Below, piece by piece: positions 17,793 through 25,959 of a stretch of 32,000 bases of DNA. Position 1 is the first letter of the stretch. Each line of letters begins with the position of its first letter. Both the position numbers and the translations under genes were made by a program. The notes beneath the pieces are model-generated. The model was not told where the DNA came from. It did no database searches and saw only the letters and a list, made by a program, of their open reading frames with translations. Source of the DNA: Candidatus Heimdallarchaeota archaeon (GTDB lineage Archaea; Asgardarchaeota; Heimdallarchaeia; JABLTI01); assembly GCA_030614005.1 (NCBI GenBank), contig JAUWKS010000002.1, forward strand, positions 60,001-92,000, written 5' to 3'.

Positions 17793-18485
17793 ATGACCCA
17801 ACAAAATAATGCTAATCTCTCAATTGATTTTCACGTCCATGTTGATGAACGTGTTAAGTATTGGCAAATTCCAAATGTTTTACGTGTACGAGAATTAGAT
17901 GGGGTCGGTATTCTTACACATAACAGCTTTCGATTTGCAAAGAAAATCGTTGATAAATTTAAAGAAAAAGATAAGAAGAAAATCTACTTTGCGGGTGTAG
18001 AAATTGATACAGCGGATGGTCATTTAATTGCTTATGGAATTGACCAAGAAATTCCTAGAGACCGTTCTTCAGAAGAGACAGTAGAGATAATACGAGATTT
18101 AGGTGGAGTGTCAATTATTCCTCATCCGTTTATGTCTCATAATAGTATTGGTTGGAAATCCTATATTGTTAAAGCTGATGCTATGGAGTTCTATAATGGA
18201 TTTGCTAAAATCTTTCTAAATTTTCCCAATTATATGGCGGAAGTATCTTTTCGACACAATAGTTTTGGCAAGGTAGGAGGGTCTGATGCCCATTTTGCTC
18301 AAGCTGTTGGTACTTGTTATACATTGGTCGATACTGACGGCGTGCGAACTGAAGAAGAAATCTTAGAAGCACTTAGAAAACATAAGACTATTCCAAAAAT
18401 AAACCCAATTGATTTCTATGATATTCGGAATTTCATCGCAGTAGTTTTTACACCAAAAACAGACAGAAGAATAATTCGATTTTGA
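17793..18485 (+). CDS. PHP-domain metal-dependent phosphoesterase
   Basis: 'DFHVH', 'THN', 'GVEI', 'PHPF', 'GSDAH'. ATG 17793 preferred over the track start 17733. Confidence 0.9.
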   Translation: MTQQNNANLSIDFHVHVDERVKYWQIPNVLRVRELDGVGILTHNSFRFAKKIVDKFKEKDKKKIYFAGVEIDTADGHLIAYGIDQEIPRDRSSEETVEIIRDLGGVSIIPHPFMSHNSIGWKSYIVKADAMEFYNGFAKIFLNFPNYMAEVSFRHNSFGKVGGSDAHFAQAVGTCYTLVDTDGVRTEEEILEALRKHKTIPKINPIDFYDIRNFIAVVFTPKTDRRIIRF

Positions 18486-18492
18486 TATTATT

Positions 18493-19149
18493 TTACTCTT
18501 CAAACGTTTTTTCAAGATTTGTAGAGAGACTTGATAATTCCAAATATACTTTGGATCTAGCTATTGGGTCGCGAATACTATTTGCAACATCCACTGCTTT
18601 TCTTATTAGTGAAGTGCTCTCTTCACCAGAAAGAATTACAGACAAATAACCGTAAAGATATGCTTTTTGTGCCTTAGCTAAATTTTCAGCGAGATTCAAT
18701 GCTGTAACTATTAAATCGCTTTTCTCTAAGAGAAATGACATATCCCCAGCAGCTGTGGTGATATCAAGTATTGCATCTCTTCTATCAAAATCATCTTTTA
18801 TTTTAGTAGAATTTTTAATTGCTTCCAAAAGAATATTTTCTGCTTCATCCTCATACCCGAAAGAAGCTAAGGCAATTGCATAGAAACTCTGTGCTCGAAC
18901 ATATGCTCCTTTATTGTCTATTTCAGTAAAAAGGGCAGGTATTTTTTCCAAGGTATCTTCTTTGTTTATCTCTCGAGCATATTCAATAATACCAATAATA
19001 CAATCACAGAAAGCATAGCTTCTTGATACTTTGTCTTCAATTTCAAAGGCAGCGTCAACAGCTTGTTCAATAAGAATCATACGAGCTAAATTATCCTCTT
19101 GGTCTATTGTTTTTCCTAAATCATCTTTGTTTTGCACCTTATTAGTCAC
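18493..19149 (-). CDS. Hypothetical alpha-helical repeat protein
   Basis: 218 aa with recurring 'A..I.D...R..A' units (IEDKVSRSYA, IKDDFDRRDA, IRDPIARSKV), TPR/HEAT-like. Confidence 0.65.
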   Translation of the reverse strand: MTNKVQNKDDLGKTIDQEDNLARMILIEQAVDAAFEIEDKVSRSYAFCDCIIGIIEYAREINKEDTLEKIPALFTEIDNKGAYVRAQSFYAIALASFGYEDEAENILLEAIKNSTKIKDDFDRRDAILDITTAAGDMSFLLEKSDLIVTALNLAENLAKAQKAYLYGYLSVILSGEESTSLIRKAVDVANSIRDPIARSKVYLELSSLSTNLEKTFEE

Positions 19150-19247
19150 CTTAATTCAAACGATACAGAGAATAATTTTATGCTTGTAATTTACTTGTTT
19201 AAATCCGATTTAAAAAGATAGTTAATTATTAGTTAATGATTTCTATT

Positions 19248-21308
19248 TCAGAAATTTTTTGCCTCACTTTTTGGTATTGATTCATATCTATCAAAAGCCA
19301 TTTGCCAAAATGCTCTTCCTTCTGTGTCAGATCTTAAATCATGATCAATGTGGAACGATTCAGCTACAGGTAAATCACCTGTGATAATTAACAAATCTTG
19401 ATCAGTTCGTACATCAACAATACTGCCTCTTCGTTTCCCTAAAATTGAGGTGATTTTTCCAAGATAAGTTGTTGGAGTGGTAATTTGTATTCTATAAACT
19501 GGTTCTTGTGGTGTTATTTTACCATTTCTTAATGCGTCCCAAACAGCATTTCGCAACAATGGTACTGTATGTTCATATTTCTCTCCATTATCTGTAGAGA
19601 AGTTTAGAATTATTACTCGAACACCAAAAACTGGTTTTGAAGAAATAGGACCAGTAAGTAATGCATCTTTAACTCCTGTGATAATATGCTCTTTTGTCTC
19701 AGGAGATAATTTTGAAAACAATTCTTGAGGTATAATTATTTCATTATTATATTGTTTGAATTTCTCAATGTATATTTGACCATCAGCAGATATTTGCAGT
19801 TGTTCTTCCTCAGAGATTGGTTGTGTTTTGTTAATTGGTTGTACAAACAAACTTACTTTAGAACCAAACAATTCTGAATTGATTTTTGTACTAGATTTGT
19901 TAATCCTTTCAGCAATTATTACAATTGGTGGAGATGTGGTACAAGCTACTTCCTCAGATAAATCAGTCACAACTGTCTCGAGATGAAGTTCTCCTAGCCC
20001 AAGGAGTAGAATTTCACCTGATTTTTCATCTGTGGTAACAATTAGATTTGGATCCTCAAGGTCAAAACGTTCAAGAGCTCTTTTTAGAGCAGGTAAGTCT
20101 CTCAACATCTTTGGCTCTAAGGCGATGGTAACTACAGGATTAGCAAGATATTCAATGTCCTCAAATGGTACAAGTTCTTTTGGGGAAATGCTTGCAATTG
20201 TTTCTCCAGGGTGGACTGTACCCAAACCAGAAACTGCAACAGTATTTCCTGCGGGAATATTATTTATCCTTTTTTTATCAGAACCCATAAAGACATAAGC
20301 ATTCTGAATTTTCGCTTTCGTATTTGAATTAACTAAATATACTTCAGTTTTTTCGGTTAATATTCCTGAGAATATTCTGCCTAAAACTAGTGATCCTGCG
20401 TGTTGATCTCGCAAGGTTTTCGTTGTACAAAATATTAATGGAACGTCTTCCCCTGAAGCTCTACATTCTGTCATTGCTTTTCCAACGGAAGAAGTTAAAT
20501 CTCCACGCCAAATTGTCTGTACGCGGTACTTTTGTGCATCTATTGGATTTGGTAAATGATCAATGATCATTTCAATTAGTGGTTTCTCAATGGGTAGGAG
20601 TTCTTGTAAAATCATTTCTTCTTTTTTATTGTATAACTCAATTATCTTTTCAAAGGTGATGTCAGTTTCCTGTACAATTGGTAAAGAAATAGCCCAACGA
20701 TGTAATGCGGAACCAAAGACTACACTACCATCTCGAGTAGAACTGCGCCATTTAGGTAAATTTTTCCCTTTGGCAAATTTAACTACAAGTGCATTGAAAT
20801 TATTGTAAATTATCTCAATTCGTTCGGCAATTTGTTTCGCAGACAGTTTTAATTCTTTGATTAACCGGTCTATTTTATTAATAAAGAGAATTGGTTTTAC
20901 TCCTTCAGCAATACATTGGCGAATAACAGTTTCAGTTTGAGCCATCACTTGTTCAACAGCATCAATTACCACAATCGCACCATCTGCAATACGCAAAGCG
21001 CGAGCAACCTTTCCAGAGAAATCAACATGACCAGGACTATCAATAAGATTAACTAAATAATCTTCATTGCCTTTTTTGAAAATTAGAGAGATATTTGCTG
21101 TTTTCATGGTGATTCCACGTCTTTGCTCTTCGGGAAGAAAATCAAGAGCTCTAGCTTCACCTGCTATTGAAGGAGCTAAAATACCACCAGATGCTAACAG
21201 AGAATCAGATAGCGTCGTTTTTCCATGGTCAATATGTGCAACTAAAACAACATTGCGAATATTTTTTTGATTCTTCATTAATAAAGCAATTTTTTTTACT
21301 TGGCTCAT
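19248..21308 (-). CDS. Elongation factor 2 paralog (aEF-2p type)
   Basis: 'AHIDHGKTT', 'RGIT', 'DSPGH', 'NKID' and domain V 'FWQMAFDRY' present; the domain IV HRG diphthamide loop is absent. ATG 21308. Confidence 0.9.
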   Translation of the reverse strand: MSQVKKIALLMKNQKNIRNVVLVAHIDHGKTTLSDSLLASGGILAPSIAGEARALDFLPEEQRRGITMKTANISLIFKKGNEDYLVNLIDSPGHVDFSGKVARALRIADGAIVVIDAVEQVMAQTETVIRQCIAEGVKPILFINKIDRLIKELKLSAKQIAERIEIIYNNFNALVVKFAKGKNLPKWRSSTRDGSVVFGSALHRWAISLPIVQETDITFEKIIELYNKKEEMILQELLPIEKPLIEMIIDHLPNPIDAQKYRVQTIWRGDLTSSVGKAMTECRASGEDVPLIFCTTKTLRDQHAGSLVLGRIFSGILTEKTEVYLVNSNTKAKIQNAYVFMGSDKKRINNIPAGNTVAVSGLGTVHPGETIASISPKELVPFEDIEYLANPVVTIALEPKMLRDLPALKRALERFDLEDPNLIVTTDEKSGEILLLGLGELHLETVVTDLSEEVACTTSPPIVIIAERINKSSTKINSELFGSKVSLFVQPINKTQPISEEEQLQISADGQIYIEKFKQYNNEIIIPQELFSKLSPETKEHIITGVKDALLTGPISSKPVFGVRVIILNFSTDNGEKYEHTVPLLRNAVWDALRNGKITPQEPVYRIQITTPTTYLGKITSILGKRRGSIVDVRTDQDLLIITGDLPVAESFHIDHDLRSDTEGRAFWQMAFDRYESIPKSEAKNF

Positions 21309-21344
21309 TGTTGTCAAATCCAGATACTTTATTTAATACGAAAT

Positions 21345-21617
21345 TTACCCACCATGTGCTAAAGGAAGAATAGTTATTTCTTGATTATTTGAAAGTTGAA
21401 AATCTAATAGACCCATCGAAAGAACATCAGTTTTATCCACAATTACCAATATATCACTGCGCAATTGGCCATCTCTAAAGAGCAAAGATCGTAATTTAGG
21501 TTTTTTTTCGCTTACAAGATTTAAAGCATCTAGAATAGTAGAACCTTCGTTTAAATCCATTTCAATCGGATTTATCTGTTCAAATACCGAACCTTTGAAA
21601 ACGAATAGTACTTTCAA
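21345..21617 (-). CDS. MoaD/SAMP-type ubiquitin-like protein
   Basis: 90 aa beta-grasp pattern ending 'ITILPLAHGG'. Confidence 0.88.
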   Translation of the reverse strand: MKVLFVFKGSVFEQINPIEMDLNEGSTILDALNLVSEKKPKLRSLLFRDGQLRSDILVIVDKTDVLSMGLLDFQLSNNQEITILPLAHGG

Positions 21618-21652
21618 ATCATTCCCTCAAAATAGCTTTTTTTAGTGTTAGT

Positions 21653-21928
21653 TTATTTGTTAATTGCTAGCATTAGTACTTTAACCCAATCATCAATTGT
21701 GATTCCTGGTGTTGTAATAGATTTCTGTTGATATAATTGACTTAGATTTGTTTGAATAGCTTTTTCATTGGATGGGGTGCCAATTAATATCTGTTCAATA
21801 TCATCTATAGCTTCTTCCGGATAGATAAAGAAATCACCTGTTATTTTTACTTCGGAAATAACTTTTTTTTCAACAGCTAATTCTACTTCTATAACACCCT
21901 TTTCAGCTCTTAGACTTGCACTTTTCAT
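21653..21928 (-). CDS. Lipoate-protein ligase C-terminal domain protein (stand-alone)
   Basis: 'KGVIEVELAV...ISEVKITGDFFIYPEEAIDDIEQILIG'. Confidence 0.85.
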   Translation of the reverse strand: MKSASLRAEKGVIEVELAVEKKVISEVKITGDFFIYPEEAIDDIEQILIGTPSNEKAIQTNLSQLYQQKSITTPGITIDDWVKVLMLAINK

Positions 21929-22031
21929 TCATCAACATCTCACTATCTGCTAATACCAAAGGAAGAACCAGTGATTAATAAAGTCTACTAAAAAGAAGAA
22001 GAATAAACCGAGAAGTGATTCACTCGGTTAA

Positions 22032-22445
22032 TTATTTTGGGGGAGCAACAATTTCTTGGAGATGAGCTTCAATCTCTTTCAGAGATCCAGCAAGCTCAGT
22101 TAACGATAGACCTTTTTCTAATAATACAGTAACATTATCGATGGTCTCTTCTGCTTCTTTCATGCGTTCGTCGCGGATTTTTGCTAAATCCTCTTTAATA
22201 GAAACTAAATCTGCTTTTGAAACCATGTCTTTTGATAATTGTTCTAATCTATCTTCAAGTGGAGTTATGTCTACTGTAACAGCTCCAGGAGTAGCTGTTG
22301 CTACGCTGCCACCTCCAGTAGATTCACCAGCTTCATTTAGTTTATTCATTATCTGAACGAGAAAGAATTGTAATTTACCTATCTTGTCATCTAAGCTTGC
22401 AACTGTTTTCTTAATTTCACTTATTTCTTGATCGATTTTTGCCAA
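22032..22445 (-). CDS. Coiled-coil protein of unknown function
   Basis: Two heptad-rich segments separated by a G/A/T/P linker. TTG 22445 follows AGGTGA, removing the track's overlap with tadC. Confidence 0.65.
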   Translation of the reverse strand: MAKIDQEISEIKKTVASLDDKIGKLQFFLVQIMNKLNEAGESTGGGSVATATPGAVTVDITPLEDRLEQLSKDMVSKADLVSIKEDLAKIRDERMKEAEETIDNVTVLLEKGLSLTELAGSLKEIEAHLQEIVAPPK

Positions 22446-22458
22446 ATGTTTCACCTTT

Positions 22459-23352
22459 TCAGCCGATTGGGATGACAATAACTTGTAATTCAATTGTCAA
22501 TTTATACGTAATCCAGCCAATTAAAACCATAATTGAGGAATGTTTTAAGCCTGCTTTTGCTTTTCCTTCGCCCATTTTTCCTGCTACTAAACCACTGAAA
22601 AGTCCTTCAATCATAGTCATATGCAAAAAGAGCGTTTTGTATGATTCAAGTACCGTTGGTGGTAGTCCCATTTGTACGCCTCCAAGTCCACTATCTTGGA
22701 AGTTTTCATACATTAATGCCATTGGGTAAAAGAATGTCTGAAACAGAACAACGATTACTAGAAGGAAAATAATGAATGCAGCATAAATTATCCAAATATA
22801 TGGTCTCATTTGGCCAAGACGTTCTTTTCTTAATCCTAAGATATCTTCGACATGTTTTTGTGCAGATTCAAAAATATCTTCGATTACTCCACCAGACCGC
22901 TGAGCTTCCAGTATCAAAATTGATGATCTGTTATTTAGTTCAGTATCTGCTACGTCGGTGAAGGAACGCATTGCTTGATCAAAAGGAATACCCCAGGAGA
23001 TTTTTGCAGCCATTTTTTGCAGTTCAGGAGTAAGAGGACCATAATTTCTCTTTGAGGATTCTGTGACTGCTCTTGGAAGAGATAAACCTGTTCTTTGAGC
23101 ATCAGTTATATCTCTGAGAAGATTAGGTAAATTAGCGTCAATACCACTTCTCCAAGTTTCATCAATATATACAGCAACTGAAGGAGGTGTTATTGTGAAT
23201 AAAATTGCAAATGCTATAAAGTCACTTGCAGTAATTGGACCAGAATTAAATACTTCAAACCATACAAGAGCAGCTAATGTACCCATTAGCACTCCGACAC
23301 TAACTGATATACCCCAAATAAGATTCTGGGTTTTTTGCGTAACTTTTGGCAT
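22459..23352 (-). CDS. Type II/IV secretion system F-domain membrane platform protein (TadC/FlaJ-like)
   Basis: 'LPNLLRDITDAQRTGLSLPRAV', 'ISWGIPFDQAM', 'RSGG', 'GLVAGKMGEG...AGLKHS'. Confidence 0.9.
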   Translation of the reverse strand: MPKVTQKTQNLIWGISVSVGVLMGTLAALVWFEVFNSGPITASDFIAFAILFTITPPSVAVYIDETWRSGIDANLPNLLRDITDAQRTGLSLPRAVTESSKRNYGPLTPELQKMAAKISWGIPFDQAMRSFTDVADTELNNRSSILILEAQRSGGVIEDIFESAQKHVEDILGLRKERLGQMRPYIWIIYAAFIIFLLVIVVLFQTFFYPMALMYENFQDSGLGGVQMGLPPTVLESYKTLFLHMTMIEGLFSGLVAGKMGEGKAKAGLKHSSIMVLIGWITYKLTIELQVIVIPIG

Positions 23353-23712
23353 CGATTTTTCCTCACTAAATGAAATTATGCGAACCTTATATAAATATTG
23401 TATCGGGAAATAAGGTTAGAATTTTTCTAGTGCTTAGTTAAGAGATTAATGATAAATAAATTCTCTGTTTCTGCTATATTAATATTTTTAATGTTAATAA
23501 TTTTTTCTAGATTAGTTTCGTAAGAATCTTGAAGCTCATTTACTCTCATCTATCTTAGAAATACTTAAGTTATTTAGAGGAAAGTTACATAGTATTAGTT
23601 AATTTATACCAAGCAAAAAGATTTTAGAGTTCAAATAATGACTTATTTAATACCTAGAGATTCTCTGAAAAAACAATATGCAATATGTGCAGTTATTGAG
23701 GTGTAACTTGAA

Positions 23713-24807
23713 TTGAAGCAATCCATTTGGCGGAATAAGAAAGGACAAATCCAGGGTGTTGATTTCGCTCTGGCAATGGTTATTTTTATGATTTTGTTTG
23801 CAGAAGTTATTGTGTTATCATTATCCTATATTGAACCGAAATTCCAGAATTTGGATGATCAAGCTTTTCAATCTCAAGCGAACCAAATTTCAGAGATGTT
23901 TTTTGGCAGCACAGGTTATCCATCTCATTGGGAATACAATTTATCGTCTCAGTTTAATTCGTTTGGATTACGTGAGATAGGTAGCACAAATCTTGATGCG
24001 AATAAACTATCGCGAATTCACTCGAGAGGATTATATGCTCTCGACTATGATAATTTAAAAGGTAATTTATCACAAGAGAGGAATTTCGGATTCCAGTTAA
24101 TTATCGAATCACTGTTTGATGTAAATGGAACATTCACTCTTGCTCAACCCAATTCTACTATTGATATTAGTACTACTGTAGGGAATTGTACTGTTTGGAG
24201 TTTCTTAGTAGGACCATTTAGCACCATTCTGTATTCAAATAGATCAGTTACAGATAATGCTGGTGATTTTACAACCACTTTTCCGATGACTGCAATTCCT
24301 AATGGATTCTATACATTAGTTATATTTGCTCAAAGTAAAGAAGGCTATTTTGCGGTAGATGTTAAAAATGGCGTTTTTGGAACTGAAACTTATAAGAGAT
24401 TAAAGCTATTAGTTCAAGAACAAGAAAACAACAATGGATTAGCTGAGATTAACACAGAAAACGATGGAACTTTGACAACATTAACTGCAGTGAATGTTTT
24501 TCCTTTCAAAATTGGAGAGGAGAGTTCTGGAAATGAAACTATTAGCATCACCTCACCTACAACAAATGAAGTTCTTAATTTAAGAATGCCAACAAATGGA
24601 ACATGTGTAACAATCTTAACGGGACTAAATGGAGTAAATGAGTATTCTAGGAAATATTTCGTTTTCCCAACGCAGTTAAGCGATAAATTTGGAACAAAAT
24701 TTGGTGATGATATACTACCAAATAATGTCGAAATTTTCAAAACAGAAAAACTAGTAATAATTAGACAATGCATATTTAAGGCGGTGTTTTATGTATGGCC
24801 AGAATAA
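23713..24807 (+). CDS. Archaeal pilin-like protein with class III signal peptide
   Basis: 'RNKKG|QIQGVDFALAMVIF' followed by 'GYPSHWE...FGL'. TTG start with GAGGTG upstream. Confidence 0.8.
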   Translation: MKQSIWRNKKGQIQGVDFALAMVIFMILFAEVIVLSLSYIEPKFQNLDDQAFQSQANQISEMFFGSTGYPSHWEYNLSSQFNSFGLREIGSTNLDANKLSRIHSRGLYALDYDNLKGNLSQERNFGFQLIIESLFDVNGTFTLAQPNSTIDISTTVGNCTVWSFLVGPFSTILYSNRSVTDNAGDFTTTFPMTAIPNGFYTLVIFAQSKEGYFAVDVKNGVFGTETYKRLKLLVQEQENNNGLAEINTENDGTLTTLTAVNVFPFKIGEESSGNETISITSPTTNEVLNLRMPTNGTCVTILTGLNGVNEYSRKYFVFPTQLSDKFGTKFGDDILPNNVEIFKTEKLVIIRQCIFKAVFYVWPE

Positions 24808-25247
24808 GACAAACCATTAATTTAAAAAATAAAAAAGGACAATTGTTCCTTCTAGAAGTTTTCATTGCCCTAACTGTATTAATACTTTTAATGGTTGCAA
24901 TTTATCAAGTTGAATTTACTTCATTACCAAGCTACCAAGATGATCTTTCTGACATAGGGCACAATGCCTTAGAATCTTTGAATATAGCAGGTGACTTAAA
25001 ATCATTAGTTTTTAATGCTCAAACTCTTGAATTAGGAGAGAGTTTGAATGAAGCACTTCCTGATAATATTATTTGGCGATTATCAGTTGAAGATAGTGCT
25101 GGATCTACTCAATTCCAAATTTATTGGGATAGAACTCCTCCAATTGGAAGCTCAGTTGGAGTAACAGATTATTTCCTGTATGGTGAAGTAGATAATTTAT
25201 CTCATTATCGAACTATTCATCTCGAGCTTTGGAGAATTGTAGGGTGA
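24795..25247 (+). CDS. Archaeal pilin-like protein with class III signal peptide
   Basis: 'KNKKG|QLFLLEVFIALTVLILLM'; overlaps the upstream gene. Confidence 0.8.
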   Translation: MARIRQTINLKNKKGQLFLLEVFIALTVLILLMVAIYQVEFTSLPSYQDDLSDIGHNALESLNIAGDLKSLVFNAQTLELGESLNEALPDNIIWRLSVEDSAGSTQFQIYWDRTPPIGSSVGVTDYFLYGEVDNLSHYRTIHLELWRIVG

Positions 25248-25254
25248 ATGAAAA

Positions 25255-25959
25255 ATGAATTGGTTACTTAATCTTAAGAAAAATTTACGGAAAAACAACA
25301 AAGCACAAATTTTCTTGATTTGTACGATAATAATAACTATTTACATGCTTTCATTCATTACCATCATTTATGAATTGAATGTAACACAATATAGTCGAAC
25401 TACTGAACTCAGCGAATTTCAGGCGACATATGATAATTTCAAAACTGAGACTAACGCGTTTATGAATGGGATGCTTGCAAATTATTCTCAAATAGCTACC
25501 GTTATTGATAGCAACATTACTGCAGGCACTATACTACAGAATTGGTTGGATTTCGCTGAAAGCCAAATTTTAACAAAAGGATATTTCGCAGTTTTAGAAA
25601 TTAATGAAATCGTGCCTATTACATTACCAATTGAAGTAGTAAAAGGTAATGGATTTATTTCTATAAGAGCCAATATTGATATTTATTTAGAATGTAATTA
25701 TCTCTCAATAGATACAGAATTGCAATATGACAATAGATATACAATCGAGTACACCAATACGGCTACTACAACAATAATTAATTTCTATTATGAGACAAAT
25801 TATGGAACAAATTATATTGGCTATGCGGATGTTACAATCAACGGATCAGCAGCTACCAATTATTACAATGGAACCTATATTTACAATACACCTGTTGTTG
25901 CTACTGATGTAATTCAAGGTATAACGCCAGAACAAATAATAGTTTCATTAACTGTTTAG
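25255..25959 (+). CDS. Archaeal pilin-like protein with class III signal peptide
   Basis: 'KNNKA|QIFLICTIIITIYML'; N/T/Y-rich C-terminal domain. Confidence 0.75.
   Translation: MNWLLNLKKNLRKNNKAQIFLICTIIITIYMLSFITIIYELNVTQYSRTTELSEFQATYDNFKTETNAFMNGMLANYSQIATVIDSNITAGTILQNWLDFAESQILTKGYFAVLEINEIVPITLPIEVVKGNGFISIRANIDIYLECNYLSIDTELQYDNRYTIEYTNTATTTIINFYYETNYGTNYIGYADVTINGSAATNYYNGTYIYNTPVVATDVIQGITPEQIIVSLTV

Noticed and set aside
22032-22445. SNARE-like protein
   Set aside because: Coiled coil only; no C-terminal TM anchor and no identifiable zero layer.
23353-23712. Hidden RNA gene or origin in the 360-bp intergenic gap
   Set aside because: Uniformly AT-rich with no strong stems, repeats or ORB-like G-strings that I could identify.
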